From Deltaproteobacteria bacterium (lineage in GTDB: Bacteria > Myxococcota_A > Polyangia > Polyangiales > Houyiibacteriaceae), in contig JAXMNT010000012.1 in the NCBI GenBank assembly GCA_034670305.1, positions 1-64,000 of the forward strand: DNA of 64,000 bases, written 5' to 3'. The notes under the pieces were generated by a model, which saw nothing but the letters and a program-made list of their open reading frames with translations, searched no databases and was not told the DNA's origin. The position numbers were made by a program, and so were the translations under genes. Positions 10,601 through 20,138 of this stretch are shown piece after piece. Within the stretch, counting starts at the first letter, position 1. The number at the start of each line of letters is the position of its first letter.

Positions 10601-11527
10601 TTCCGGGTCGCGCTCAGTGGCACGCCGGTCGAGAACAAGGCGCTCGAGCTCTGGAGCTTGATGAAGTTTCTGGTGCCTGGATTGCTCGGGACGAAGAAGT
10701 CGTTCGAGGCGAGCCACAGCACGGCGGCCGCCGCGGGGCAGGGGTACGAAGTGGTCGGTCTGCGCGCGCGGGTGCAGCCCTTCCTGTTGCGGCGGACCAA
10801 GTCCGAGGTGCTGCCCGAGCTGCCGCCACGCACCGACGTGGCGATCGAAGTCGAGCCGGGCAAGAAGCAGGGGGCGCTGATCGAGCTGTTGCGGCAGGAG
10901 GCAGAGAAGGCGTGCCGGGGCGAGAGCCACATGGAGATCTTCGCGGCGCTGATGAAGCTCCGGCAGGCGTGCTGCCATCCCTCGCTGGTCTCACCGCACG
11001 GAAACATTCCGAGCGCGAAGATGGAGGCGTTCCGAGAGCTGGTCTCCGAGCTCAAAGAAGGCGGCCACCGGGTCTTGGTGTTCAGCCAGTTCTCGGGGCA
11101 CCTGGCGCTCGTTCGAGCCGAGCTCGAGCACCTCGGGCTCACCTACCAGTACCTCGACGGCAAGACGCCACCGAAGACGCGGCAAAAGCGGGTCGACGCG
11201 TTTCAGGCGGGCGAGGGCGATGTGTTTCTGATCAGCCTCAAGGCGGGGGGCACCGGGCTCAACCTCACGGCGGCGGACTACGTCGTACACCTCGATCCGT
11301 GGTGGAACCCGGCGGTCGAGGACCAGGCGAGCGACCGGGCGCACCGCATCGGCCAGACCCGGCCGGTCACGGTCTACCGCATCGTCATCGCGAACAGCAT
11401 CGAGAGCCAGATCCTGGCGATGCACGAGAAGAAGCGCGACTTGGCGGAGCGGCTGCTCAGCGGATCACAAAGCGTCAAACTCGATCCCGAGTCCCTGCTG
11501 GTCCTGCTCGCAGGAGGCTCCGTCTGA
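7622..11527 (+). CDS. SNF2-family (SF2) helicase/ATPase
   Basis: LADDMGLGKT (I), DEAQ (II), SGTPVEN (III), LRRTK, LVFSQF, SLKAGGTGLNLT, DPWWNP, QASDRAHRIGQ (VI). Start uncertain (GTG ~7683 or ATG ~7727 possible). Confidence 0.95.
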   Translation: MSGAGDTPRSVRSRESWLVTVKRTLLEWLALSLFRMSTADLTSLGLQLGFSPKDIHEALGALESAGSVHLRPQSPGQPRGYELDPDRVLDIVDELIAAGTLHERAAPFLRFTPNFRYDAGQLDAMRGIRLTWLTGDEGYTERFRGRKLRVTDRLAMFWPKPTRRQLDQLAEGYLDEVVGLCHLAAFQQWLPPGAAADADMPRRNEVLIASESFLQGRMPGPDDVPPHGSWFGQGLHAIGAQLRGEDPRALFRNAAAFLGDRREHLPMPFALFQAVALLREGSDESLEWLEALTRQESAEAVAIETISVLQELTPELPDIGYIRELGPWARLFWATAVGWTERAMYRETALEELDLLEAMAVVAELAWPAAQCQAVRTWLQSGPGSKPGPAAPGTLPALYAPPPRWERSLGAAARLLETSEESSREERLVFVITRGSTVVETKIQKRKASGGWTSGRLVRISSFRPRPPIPLTPADQAVLAYVKLGHVYNSDWVLPPEGIAALDGHPRVMWDTDLKRTVEVKAVPPHVHLEQNDDGLKFRISAFSKGFVDAVTHAEICVFEERVEEAFKLLDEVTVPADGIKTAMAMLQSLEGIALVTSDLKENGDLPELAGDPRIRVRLQREKGTKGEIGLSFRCLVVPHPAASEFVAGEGAERIVTRKAVVVRDLDAEKTNLAALHAKCPTMNHSLGEEVKSLEKALDLLAELRDAGARVEWPKGKKLSLVPDGEQRVVLNMERNGNNLFRSKDQGGLEIDAQVVASLQELLFARRSGSRYVAVGNDQFVRLEQSAREALGVIEAFEEEEVVHPLIALAQQKGLTLVGDPQFEQQCAALLAAGEKSTEIPAGLNAELRGYQVAGYKWLARLGHMGLGAILADDMGLGKTIQTLTLLLSRCEDGPALVVAPTSLLTNWARESARFTPALKCVRLAAGGSAKARKKALTDAGPGTVVLTTYGLMQRQAALFAEKKWHTVVLDEAQAIKNPDSLRAKAAFQLNADFRVALSGTPVENKALELWSLMKFLVPGLLGTKKSFEASHSTAAAAGQGYEVVGLRARVQPFLLRRTKSEVLPELPPRTDVAIEVEPGKKQGALIELLRQEAEKACRGESHMEIFAALMKLRQACCHPSLVSPHGNIPSAKMEAFRELVSELKEGGHRVLVFSQFSGHLALVRAELEHLGLTYQYLDGKTPPKTRQKRVDAFQAGEGDVFLISLKAGGTGLNLTAADYVVHLDPWWNPAVEDQASDRAHRIGQTRPVTVYRIVIANSIESQILAMHEKKRDLAERLLSGSQSVKLDPESLLVLLAGGSV

Positions 11528-11614
11528 TTCGCGCATCAGGACGCGATGGCGGTGAGTGGCCCAGCCGCGCAGCTGCCAATCGAATCAGAGGCCGCGTCAC
11601 TCACTTGGCAGAAG

Positions 11615-12115
11615 CTAAGCGTCGTCTTCTTCTTCGGCGGCGAGCGCGGCGGCGCGGGCTTCGTCGGCGGCTTCGACCGCTTCGCGCATCGACTCGGGCA
11701 CGCGGAGGAGGCGGTCGTTGCCGTCGGCGACTTCTTCTTCGATCAGCATGTAGCCCTGCATGGTGCGCTTCCACTTCTGCTGAAGGGTCGTCTCCGAGAG
11801 GAGCAGGGTGCGCTCGTCGTACCAGCGGAAGGTGACGCGGGCGGTGGCGCGGCCGCGGTCTTCGCCCATCTGCACGTGCACGACTTCCGAGTCCGCGATC
11901 TGGAGCTCGCGGTGCCAGTCGTGGTGGGTGGCGCGGAAGCGGCCGACGAAGCGGGCGTCTACCCGCTGGGCAGCCAGATCGATGCGGTTCCAGCGGACTT
12001 CGTCGTTGAGGCCGATGACGGCGTCTCGGAGGGTCTCCTCCGCGGTGACGTTGGTGAAGACACAGCCGGTCGCGCCGAGCAGGCCGCCGAGAACCAGGAT
12101 CGAAATCGCGCGCAT
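11615..12115 (-). CDS. hypothetical lipoprotein
   Basis: 166 aa, hydrophobic leader with ATGC lipobox, normal protein composition. Confidence 0.75.
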   Translation of the reverse strand: MRAISILVLGGLLGATGCVFTNVTAEETLRDAVIGLNDEVRWNRIDLAAQRVDARFVGRFRATHHDWHRELQIADSEVVHVQMGEDRGRATARVTFRWYDERTLLLSETTLQQKWKRTMQGYMLIEEEVADGNDRLLRVPESMREAVEAADEARAAALAAEEEDDA

Positions 12116-12163
12116 GGACCGAACCTACGGAGCGAGGGCGCCGGTGGGCAAGAAACCGGCGGG

Positions 12164-13582
12164 TTAACGGCGGCGGCGCGGGCGCTCGAGGGAGGCCGGC
12201 GGAGCGGCCCAGCTGCCAGGGCGGGTTTGCTGTTCGTGCACGCACCCGAGTAAGGCGCCCGCGAGCATGTAGGGATACGTGGAGAAGAGGCCATTGGGGA
12301 CCAGGTCCAACGTACAGATGGCGACGATCAGGGCGAAGCCGGCGAGCAAGGTCTGGTCCGGTGGGGCGCGGAAGCGCACCATGCGCCGCCGCAACGCGAT
12401 CACCGGCCAGATGAGTAAGCCGAACGCTTGGATGAACCCGACGATGCCGCGCATGCCGAAGACGATGATCCAGTGGCCGTCGGCGATGGCGATCTCTTTG
12501 CCGAGCTCGTCGTCGTACACGCCGCGGCGCCCCTTGCCGCCCCAGCCGAACCAGAGGTGTTCGCGGGCCTTCTCGAGCAGGATCTCTTCGTTGTCGAACC
12601 GGAACTCCATCGACTGCGCCCGTTCGGGGCTGATCGACATCGCCCACTCGTGCAGCTGTTCGGTCGGGAACAGGTCGAAGGCGCGCAGCGCCGGGTAGAC
12701 GGCGACCAGGCTCACCATGAACACCGCGGCGCGCATCTGCGCCTTGATGGACAGCTTGAGGATCAAAGGGGCGAGCAAGAGCGCGTACAAGATCGCGCCC
12801 GTGCTCTTGCAGAGGATGAGCACCACGCCGAGGTAGATCGCGACCCGTTTCGCGGACCACTTGCGGATCGGCACGTCGAGCTTGAACAGCACCAGCGACG
12901 AGAGGAACGCGACCAGCATGAAGAGCGCGAGCGCGAGCCCATGCGCCATGAACACCATCGGGCGGTAGCCGCCCCAACGAATGGTCTGGAGGAAGTCCGA
13001 GTGCGCGCCGTAGCCATAGACCCACCCGTGGAACTGCGGGCTCATGCGGAGCTCGATCCAGATGAAGAGCGTCTGCACCAGGCCCGCCACGACCAGAAAG
13101 TGCATCAGCTCGATCAGATCCCGCCGCGTCCGAAACAGCGCGCGGCCGAGCATGAACGGGAGCCCCGCCCGCAGCAGCTCCGAGAACCCGAGCTGGATTC
13201 CGTCGTTGATGACCAGGCCCGGCAAGGTCACGGAGATCCAGGACCCGTAGGTTAGGTCGTCTCCGTTGGTGGCCATCGTGACGAAGCCGCCCACCATCGC
13301 GAGCACGAGCAAGAGGTCCGGACCGCGCCACAACTTCGCGCGGGCCAAACGCGGTCGCCAGCGCACGAGCGCGACGAGGAACAGGATCAAGTACGGGAGC
13401 GAGACCTTGTCGAGCGGCGGGATGAGCGGGAGTTTGAGGAACGCGCCTTCCGGACCGAAGAGCGCCGCGGCGAACACCACGACGAGCACCGCTTGCTGCG
13501 GGCGCTTCGCCCACGCGACGTAGAGCGAGAGCGGGATCAGGCTGAGCAGCGCGACGAGCGCCAGCGGTGTCCATTCCCCCAA
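12164..13582 (-). CDS. O-antigen ligase/polymerase (Wzy/WaaL)-like membrane protein
   Basis: ~12 TM segments; R.GGYRP..F..H..., KSTGA, FGWGG and G..G motifs typical of the Wzy_C family. Confidence 0.75.
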   Translation of the reverse strand: MGEWTPLALVALLSLIPLSLYVAWAKRPQQAVLVVVFAAALFGPEGAFLKLPLIPPLDKVSLPYLILFLVALVRWRPRLARAKLWRGPDLLLVLAMVGGFVTMATNGDDLTYGSWISVTLPGLVINDGIQLGFSELLRAGLPFMLGRALFRTRRDLIELMHFLVVAGLVQTLFIWIELRMSPQFHGWVYGYGAHSDFLQTIRWGGYRPMVFMAHGLALALFMLVAFLSSLVLFKLDVPIRKWSAKRVAIYLGVVLILCKSTGAILYALLLAPLILKLSIKAQMRAAVFMVSLVAVYPALRAFDLFPTEQLHEWAMSISPERAQSMEFRFDNEEILLEKAREHLWFGWGGKGRRGVYDDELGKEIAIADGHWIIVFGMRGIVGFIQAFGLLIWPVIALRRRMVRFRAPPDQTLLAGFALIVAICTLDLVPNGLFSTYPYMLAGALLGCVHEQQTRPGSWAAPPASLERPRRRR

Positions 13583-13586
13583 ACGT

Positions 13587-14399
13587 CTAGGCCGCTTGGG
13601 TGTGGCGGATCAACACGGCGGGTGGATGCACGCGGTGGAGTTGAAACGCGGCGATCACCCGCTCGGTGACGTCGGACTCGAGCGCCTTCTCGTACTTCAG
13701 ATCGATGATGTAGACCTTGGCGCGAAGCCGCAGCGCGGCGGCGTCGCCGATGGAGACCGGGGCGACCACGACGATCGCCGGTTTGGCGAGGTAGGAGAAC
13801 TGGCACGCGACCAGCGCCTCTCGCACGAGGGATTTGGCTTTGCGCAGGTCTTGATCGATGCCGATGTGAAAGTCGATCTGGATCAACATGTCGAGCGCGC
13901 CGGCGTTGCTGCTGGACACCGCTTCGGTGAGGAACTTGTTGTTCGGGATCGTGATCAAGCTGTCGTCCAGCGTCACGAGCCGCACGGTGCGCAGCCCGAT
14001 CTCCACGACCTCGCCGTAGTAGCCATCGAAGGTGACCCGGTCGCCGACCTGGAACGGGCGGTCGATCAGGATGATGACGCCCGCGATGATCGATGCGAGC
14101 AGATCGCGGAACGCGAAACCGATCGCGACCGCGATGGTGCCGCTCAGGGCCAAGATCGCTTCGCTCGAGAGTCGGAAGAGCGACGCCGCCGCGGCCGCGA
14201 AACCAAGGACGAAGACCAAGAGGCGCAGGATCGACTTCGCCTGCTGAAGCGCGAGACGTCGGTCGGTGAACCGCTCGCTCAGGTTGGTGAACGCGCGCGA
14301 CACGCCGCCAGCCACCAACCACGCCAGGCCGAGCAGGCCGATCGCCGGCACGAGGCCTTCGGCGCGGATGAACTGCAGTAGCTCTGTGCTCTCTTCCAT
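13587..14399 (-). CDS. mscS: small-conductance mechanosensitive channel (MscS family)
   Basis: GFAFRDLLASIIAGVIILIDRPFQVGDRV..G..GEV.EIGLR.V.L...D...ITIPN. Confidence 0.93.
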   Translation of the reverse strand: MEESTELLQFIRAEGLVPAIGLLGLAWLVAGGVSRAFTNLSERFTDRRLALQQAKSILRLLVFVLGFAAAAASLFRLSSEAILALSGTIAVAIGFAFRDLLASIIAGVIILIDRPFQVGDRVTFDGYYGEVVEIGLRTVRLVTLDDSLITIPNNKFLTEAVSSSNAGALDMLIQIDFHIGIDQDLRKAKSLVREALVACQFSYLAKPAIVVVAPVSIGDAAALRLRAKVYIIDLKYEKALESDVTERVIAAFQLHRVHPPAVLIRHTQAA

Positions 14400-14408
14400 G
14401 ATCGACCC

Positions 14409-17400
14409 CTAGCTGAACAACATCCGGCGACGCCGGAGATGGCGGACGACGCCGCGGAACCAGTGGATGGTGATGCGGTACCCGGAGTCACCGGTGCGCT
14501 CGACGAGGTTGCGGCGCCGGAGCACATCCAGGATGGCGGCGGCACGCGACGGTTCGAGTCGGAGGACGTTGGCGAGCTCGTCCGCGCTCATGTCCACATG
14601 CAGCACGAGCGCACCGAGCGCGAAGCGGGCGTCGTCGTGGAGGTCGTCGAGTTTGTTCGCCTCGGGACCAGCGAAGAGCCGCACCCGCGCTTCTTGATCC
14701 ACGACGTCGAGCGCCTTTCGCCAGAACCACGTGGCCAGCCGCGGGTTGCCTTCGGAGTAGTCCGCGAGAAGGCGGAAGAACTCGTTGCGGGCCCGGACGA
14801 GCGCGCGCGTGCGGGCGGCGCCGGCCGGTTCGCCTTCGAGCAACCCTTCGTAGGAGATCGTGTATCCGGCGGCGACGGTGCGGGTCTCCAGCACGGCAGC
14901 GAGCTTCTCCTCGTTCCAGCGACCGAGCTGCACGATCTTGCGGAAGGGGGTCTGACCGGCGTAGCCGGATTGCAAGTACAGCCACGCGTGTTCGCTGAAT
15001 GCGACGACCCAGTGGACGTGGTCGGGCGAGCGCGCGATCAGATCGAAGAGTGCCGACACGCTCTGGGTGCCGCCCACCCGGCGCAGGAACAGGTTCTGCG
15101 CGCGGTCGAGCAACACGACCGTCGCCGGCACGTCTTGCAGCGCCTCGAGCAAACTCTCGAGGTCGTCGCAGGCTTTGCCCACGAGCGCTTCGCCGAGCCA
15201 ACGACACAACACCGTCGGATCGTCGCAACCGTGAATCGCTTCGAGCTGCAGCGAGGCCGGCTCGTCCGGCAACTCGTCGGCCAGGGCCGCGAGCCAGGTG
15301 GACTTGCCCGCGCCCTGCTCGCCCACCAGTGCCGCCGAGAACCCGCTCTCCACGAGGGCCTTCGCGACGAGTTTCAGATCGGGCAGCGGACCGGACGGAT
15401 TGGACGCCACCGGACCGAGCGGGTGGGCTGCGATGAGGTCGTCGGGAAGAGGGCGCTCTTCTCGGTCGGTGGCTTCTTCGGCCTTGCGGCGGGCGAGCAG
15501 CACGAGCGCTTTTCGGCCGGTGCCAAATCGGGCGGTGATGTCCTTCGCGAGCTCTTTGGTGCCCATCGCCATCACGCGCAGCAGCGCGGCCAGGACGTAC
15601 CCGCGCCGACGCAGCCCCTTGGCCTCCGACACCCGCGTCGCGAACGCGTCGGGAAACCGGTCGCGGTGGGCGCTGACGATGGCGGCGTCCCATCGATGAA
15701 GCAAGACGAGCAACAAGACGACCGCAGCCACGATGGCAAGCGTGGTGAGGTACGAGAAGAGCGTGCCGTGACCAACGATGCGCAGCGAGACGCCGAGCAG
15801 GACCGCCAGCAGGAGCGTGGTGCGTCCCGAGAGGCGCACGTCGCGGGCGACCATCTTGGCGCGCTCGGCGTCGCGCCCGTGGTCGCCCCGAGCGGTCAGC
15901 TCCACGTGAATGAGCTCCACGAGTCCGCGGTAAGCGAAGAGCGTCACGCACAGGTCACGCAGGATCGGCCACACAGCGCTCTCGAGCAGTTCGTTGGCGA
16001 AGCGGGCCGCGAGGTAGGTCGCGAGCATGGCGAACAGCCAGGGCAGCAACACCGCCACGCGTTGCCACCAGGGCAAGACCAGGCTGCGCAGGCGGCGGCG
16101 ATGGAGGACGCCGCGCACCCGTTTGCCGAGGCCACGCACCCAGTCCTCGCGTCGGCGCCATCCAACGATGCCGAGCGCCAGCGCGCCGAACAGCGTGAGT
16201 GACGTCCGCCGCTGCGCAGGGTCGCCGATCGCCGCCAACATCTGCCCGGGCCACGACGGCGCGGTCCGCACGACTTCATGGCCCCCGTAGCGGGCCATCA
16301 GCTGCACTTGATCGAGCTCCCGGACCAGCTGGGCGCGGCCGTCGGACCCGAAGCCGGTGAGCGCGTTGCGGCGGGAAGCCGTCAGGAATGGCAAGAGCCG
16401 CAAACGCAGATCGTTGCCTTCGTGCACGGCCTCCGCGAGCGCGTCCAGCCGCTCTTGATGTTGGAGTTGAAGGTGTTGTTGCGCCTCCAACCACGGCTCC
16501 TCTGGCGCGCTGTCGGGCCGGACCGGCAGTGGCGCGGCACCTTGGGACAGCGCGCGTCCGAGTTCGCGGCGGGTGTGGACGAGCGCGTCGACGAGCAGGT
16601 CGTAACTGGCCTGCGCTTCGGCCGTGGTCAGATCTCCCAGCAGGCGTGTGCGTGCCTGATGGACCACCGCGAGACGTTCTCGCTCTTGGGCCACTTCGGT
16701 GGCGCGGCGGGTCGCAGCGGTCGCCATGACCTCGGCGAGTTGCACGCGCGCGCGCTGGGCGGCGAGCTGGGCATTGGCTTCGCGGCGGGCGGCCCCGTCG
16801 GTCGCGTTGCGCCGGTCTTCTTCCGCCTGGGCCGCGGCTGCTTCGGCGCGGCGCTGTTCGCTCATTGCATCCTGCGCCTGTGCTTCGGCTTCGGCCGCGC
16901 GTTGATCGAGCTGATGGGCGGCCGAGACGCTCTGGAGGATGCCCTGTCGGTCTTCGAGCGGAAGCCTCAGGAAACGGAGGCGCAGCCGGTCTCGTTGCAG
17001 CTCGAGGGCCACGATCGAGTCTTCCGAGCCCGCGTCTTGGCCGGCGTCTTCGGGACCTGCGTCCACCCCGGCGTCTGTGCCCGCGTCGGTCGGTGGTCCT
17101 GCGTCGAACGGCGCGACCACGCCCGCGTCCACGCCCGCATCCGTCCCCGCGTCCGGCGGACCTGCGTCGACTCCGCCATCCAGAATCGCGCCGTCCAGAA
17201 TCGCGCCGTCCGGAATCGCGCCGTCCAGAATCGCGCCGTCCGGAATCGCGCCATCGGGTGAGCCCGCGTCCACGCTCGGTGGTCCCGCGTCCGTGAGCCC
17301 CATGCGGTCCGCGACGTCCAGCTGGGCCTCGAGGGCGGCGCGGCGGTTGCGGACCGCGTCTTCGTCGTCGAGCGCGACTTCGAACAACGCACCCGGACTG

Positions 17401-17654
17401 ACGTCGAGCGGCAGATGACCCTCGAGAAGATCCCGGAGCGCTGCGATCTGTTCGGGCACGCTGAGCACGCGGGCCACCCGCGCGTGCACTTCCGCTTCGG
17501 TCGCGACGTGTTCGGGAGCGGACTGCGCCTCATTCGTCTGCTCGACCGGTGTTTCCGGCGCGGGCTCGACCGCGGGTTGCGCGGGCGAGGGGCAACCTGG
17601 CCACGCGAGAGAGATCGCCACGAGCGCGACTGTGCGTGCCGGCCCGAGGGTCAT
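14409..17654 (-). CDS. membrane protein with N-terminal coiled coil, multi-TM region, P-loop (AAA-like) ATPase and C-terminal winged helix
   Basis: ATG at 17654 (MTLGPARTVALVAISLAWPGC); Ala/Glu/Arg coiled coil; ~6 TM helices; Walker A GEQGAGKS; Walker B-like VVLLD; wHTH-like end. The ORF-track extension to 18008 overlaps another gene. Confidence 0.82.
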   Translation of the reverse strand: MTLGPARTVALVAISLAWPGCPSPAQPAVEPAPETPVEQTNEAQSAPEHVATEAEVHARVARVLSVPEQIAALRDLLEGHLPLDVSPGALFEVALDDEDAVRNRRAALEAQLDVADRMGLTDAGPPSVDAGSPDGAIPDGAILDGAIPDGAILDGAILDGGVDAGPPDAGTDAGVDAGVVAPFDAGPPTDAGTDAGVDAGPEDAGQDAGSEDSIVALELQRDRLRLRFLRLPLEDRQGILQSVSAAHQLDQRAAEAEAQAQDAMSEQRRAEAAAAQAEEDRRNATDGAARREANAQLAAQRARVQLAEVMATAATRRATEVAQERERLAVVHQARTRLLGDLTTAEAQASYDLLVDALVHTRRELGRALSQGAAPLPVRPDSAPEEPWLEAQQHLQLQHQERLDALAEAVHEGNDLRLRLLPFLTASRRNALTGFGSDGRAQLVRELDQVQLMARYGGHEVVRTAPSWPGQMLAAIGDPAQRRTSLTLFGALALGIVGWRRREDWVRGLGKRVRGVLHRRRLRSLVLPWWQRVAVLLPWLFAMLATYLAARFANELLESAVWPILRDLCVTLFAYRGLVELIHVELTARGDHGRDAERAKMVARDVRLSGRTTLLLAVLLGVSLRIVGHGTLFSYLTTLAIVAAVVLLLVLLHRWDAAIVSAHRDRFPDAFATRVSEAKGLRRRGYVLAALLRVMAMGTKELAKDITARFGTGRKALVLLARRKAEEATDREERPLPDDLIAAHPLGPVASNPSGPLPDLKLVAKALVESGFSAALVGEQGAGKSTWLAALADELPDEPASLQLEAIHGCDDPTVLCRWLGEALVGKACDDLESLLEALQDVPATVVLLDRAQNLFLRRVGGTQSVSALFDLIARSPDHVHWVVAFSEHAWLYLQSGYAGQTPFRKIVQLGRWNEEKLAAVLETRTVAAGYTISYEGLLEGEPAGAARTRALVRARNEFFRLLADYSEGNPRLATWFWRKALDVVDQEARVRLFAGPEANKLDDLHDDARFALGALVLHVDMSADELANVLRLEPSRAAAILDVLRRRNLVERTGDSGYRITIHWFRGVVRHLRRRRMLFS
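17175..17255. repeat. 15-bp tandem repeat x5 (encodes DGAI[P/L])
   Basis: gccgtcc[a/g]gaatcgc repeated in frame inside the ATPase gene linker. Confidence 0.9.
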
Positions 17655-17656
17655 GT

Positions 17657-17944
17657 CTACTTGCTGGCGCTCTCGACGAACGCGAGGTCCTTGAGCGTCA
17701 CCGCCAGCACCACCTTGTCCGAGACCGCGCCGACGCGGTCGATGGGCAAGCGCACTTTCTGGCTGCCGAACATCGGCCGTTCGAGGTTGAGCGTCTCCAG
17801 CACCCCGCGCTCGAGCTTGACCTCGATCGCGGTGACCGCCCACGACTCGACGTCGACCTCGAAGCCGACGACCTCGCCCACGTCGAAACCATCCTGAGAA
17901 ACGATCTGTTTGCCTACCAACTGGTGGCTGGCCATCGTGGTCAT
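17657..17944 (-). CDS. PRC-barrel domain protein
   Basis: MTTMASHQLVGKQIVSQDG..VGEV....VD...W.V..I.V....IDRV..V.D.VVL, a PRC-barrel pattern; C-terminal 95 aa of the 17657..19690 ORF. Confidence 0.82.
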   Translation of the reverse strand: MTTMASHQLVGKQIVSQDGFDVGEVVGFEVDVESWAVTAIEVKLERGVLETLNLERPMFGSQKVRLPIDRVGAVSDKVVLAVTLKDLAFVESASK

Positions 17945-18154
17945 GCGTGCCTCGATTGCGGAGGGTGAGAGAAGAGAGCCAGGGGCTCGCGAGGTCGGGG
18001 AATAGCACGGGAACCCTGCCCCGTCGTGCCGATCGCAGCCCCGGTCACCCCAGGCCTTCGCCTTGCCCTCCGCACGGATCCGGAGGCTGCCGCTTCTTGG
18101 GCGCCCTGGAGCCGCGATCGTTGCGCTCCCTGGCCCGGCGCGCATACTCCCGCG

Positions 18155-19246
18155 GTGGCGAAAAGCGACTACTACGAGATCCTCGGCGTGCCGCGCGACG
18201 CGTCCGCCGACGACCTGAAGACGGCGTACAAAGAACTCGCCCGCAAGTACCACCCGGACCGCAACCCGGACGATCCGGAAGCGGAAGACCGCTTCAAGGA
18301 GGCGAGCGAGGCGTTTCGGGTTCTGAGCGATCCGGAGCAGCGCAGACGCTACGACCGCATGGGGCACTCGGCGTTCGACAAGGGCGCCCCCGGCGGCTTC
18401 GACCCGGCCGACCTCGGCTCGGTGGGCGAGATCCTCGAGGGCATCCTCGGCGGTGTCTTTGGTGGCCGCACCCGCCGGACCCGGGGCCGCGACATCCCCG
18501 TCGATGTGCATGTGTCCTTCGAAGAGGCCGCGCTCGGAGCCGAGAAGACCATCACCGTCGAGCGGTGGGACAGTTGCAACCGCTGCGGCGGCAACGGGGG
18601 CGAGCCGGGCACGGTCGTCCGCCAGTGCAACACCTGCAAAGGCAAAGGCGAGGTCCGCTTTCAACGGAACATCTTCAGCGCGACGCGCGCGTGCGGGAAC
18701 TGCGGCGGCACCGGGCACCAGGCGGACACGCCATGCACGGAGTGCGAAGGCAAAGGCCGTGCGGCGGTGCAAGCCGAGCTCACCGTGCGGGTGCCGCCGG
18801 GCGTCTCCCACGGCGCGGTGCAGACCATGCGCGGGGGCGGGGAACCGGCGCCCGGAGGCGCGGGAGACCTGCACATCACGATCCACGTCGAGGCGCACCC
18901 GCTCTTCGATCGCAACGGTGCGGACATCCTGTGCACCGTGCCGGTGAGTTTTCCGCAGGCGGTGCTCGGCACCACGCTGGAGATCCCGACGCTCGAGGGC
19001 AAGGTCCACATGAAGTTGCCGACCGGCACCCAGTCGGGTCGCGTCTTCCGGCTGCGCGGCAAGGGCATCCCGGTCTACGGCGGCATGGGCAAGGGCGACC
19101 AGCTGGTGACGATCATGGTGGAGATCCCCGAGAAGATCACCCGCGACCAGCGCAAGCTGATCGAAGCGCTGGCGCAAGAGATGGGCACGGAGACCCACCC
19201 GCAACGCGCGAGCTTCATCGACAAACTCAAGGGACTCTTTGACTGA
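18155..19246 (+). CDS. dnaJ: molecular chaperone DnaJ
   Basis: J domain (DYYEILGV, HPD), G/F region, four CxxCxGxG zinc motifs, C-terminal domain; GTG start at 18155. Confidence 0.96.
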   Translation: MAKSDYYEILGVPRDASADDLKTAYKELARKYHPDRNPDDPEAEDRFKEASEAFRVLSDPEQRRRYDRMGHSAFDKGAPGGFDPADLGSVGEILEGILGGVFGGRTRRTRGRDIPVDVHVSFEEAALGAEKTITVERWDSCNRCGGNGGEPGTVVRQCNTCKGKGEVRFQRNIFSATRACGNCGGTGHQADTPCTECEGKGRAAVQAELTVRVPPGVSHGAVQTMRGGGEPAPGGAGDLHITIHVEAHPLFDRNGADILCTVPVSFPQAVLGTTLEIPTLEGKVHMKLPTGTQSGRVFRLRGKGIPVYGGMGKGDQLVTIMVEIPEKITRDQRKLIEALAQEMGTETHPQRASFIDKLKGLFD

Positions 19247-20132
19247 CGCCGCCACGTACGAAGTCCCGCCCGACTGGGCCGGGCAACGGCTCGATCGTTT
19301 TCTCGGAACCCACGGCATCTCGCGCGCAGAAGCCAAGCGGCTGGTCGCACGATCCGCCATCGCGGTGCAGGGGCGGCCGGTGCCGAAGGTCGCGTGGATC
19401 TTGCGGGCGGGAGACGTCGTCTCGGTCCTCGCGCGCTCCGCTTCCAACTTCGATCCGATCCCGTCGGACCCCGATGCGCTGACCATCGTGTTCGAGGATG
19501 CCCACTGCGTGGTGCTGCTGAAGCCAGCAGGGCAGGCATCGCATCCTCTGCGCTCCGACGAAGTCGACACCTTGGCCAACGCGCTCGCCGCGTACTGCCC
19601 CGAGACGGTCCGAGTGGGCGAGTCGCGCCGAGACTGTGGTCTCCTGCACCGGCTCGACACCGGCACGAGCGGGCTTCTGCTCGCGGCCAAGACCCGAACC
19701 GCGTTCGAGTGGTTCCGGGCGGCGCAAGCGCGCGACGAGTTCGAGAAGGGCTACGTGGCCCTCTGCGAGGGTGTGCCGGAGCTGGGGAAGATCGAATCGC
19801 CGCTCGCCCACCGAGGTCCCCGGATGGCACTCGACGACGACGGCCGGGATGCCTGCACCGAAGTGCTCGCCGCCGAGCGGCGCGGTGGGATCTCTCGGGT
19901 GGAGCTGAAACTGCGCCGAGGCGCGCGCCATCAGATCCGGGTGCACCTCGCGTCGCTGGGACATTCGATCGTGGGGGACCAGACCTACGGCCAAGGACAC
20001 CCGCTGCTCGTCGAAGGACGCCACGCGCTGCACGCGTCGTCACTGAACGTGCCGGGTCCCGATGGGCCGGTGGAAGTGTCCGCCGAGTGGCCCGCCGACA
20101 TGGCGAAGCTCTGGGAGAGCGAACCGGTCTGA
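19239..20132 (+). CDS. RluA-family (RluD-like) pseudouridine synthase with S4 domain
   Basis: GQRLDRFL (S4), KPAG, HRLDTGTSG catalytic motif, GARHQIRVH, IVGD..YG. Confidence 0.94.
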   Translation: MTDAATYEVPPDWAGQRLDRFLGTHGISRAEAKRLVARSAIAVQGRPVPKVAWILRAGDVVSVLARSASNFDPIPSDPDALTIVFEDAHCVVLLKPAGQASHPLRSDEVDTLANALAAYCPETVRVGESRRDCGLLHRLDTGTSGLLLAAKTRTAFEWFRAAQARDEFEKGYVALCEGVPELGKIESPLAHRGPRMALDDDGRDACTEVLAAERRGGISRVELKLRRGARHQIRVHLASLGHSIVGDQTYGQGHPLLVEGRHALHASSLNVPGPDGPVEVSAEWPADMAKLWESEPV

Positions 20133-20138
20133 TCTGCC

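Noticed and set aside
7622-11527. SNF2 helicase as part of an anti-phage system
   Set aside because: No methylase, nuclease or other defence genes nearby; it looks like a stand-alone bacterial SNF2.
17945-19690. Long minus-strand ORF 17657..19690
   Set aside because: Antisense shadow of dnaJ/RluA; only the last 95 aa (PRC barrel) look real.
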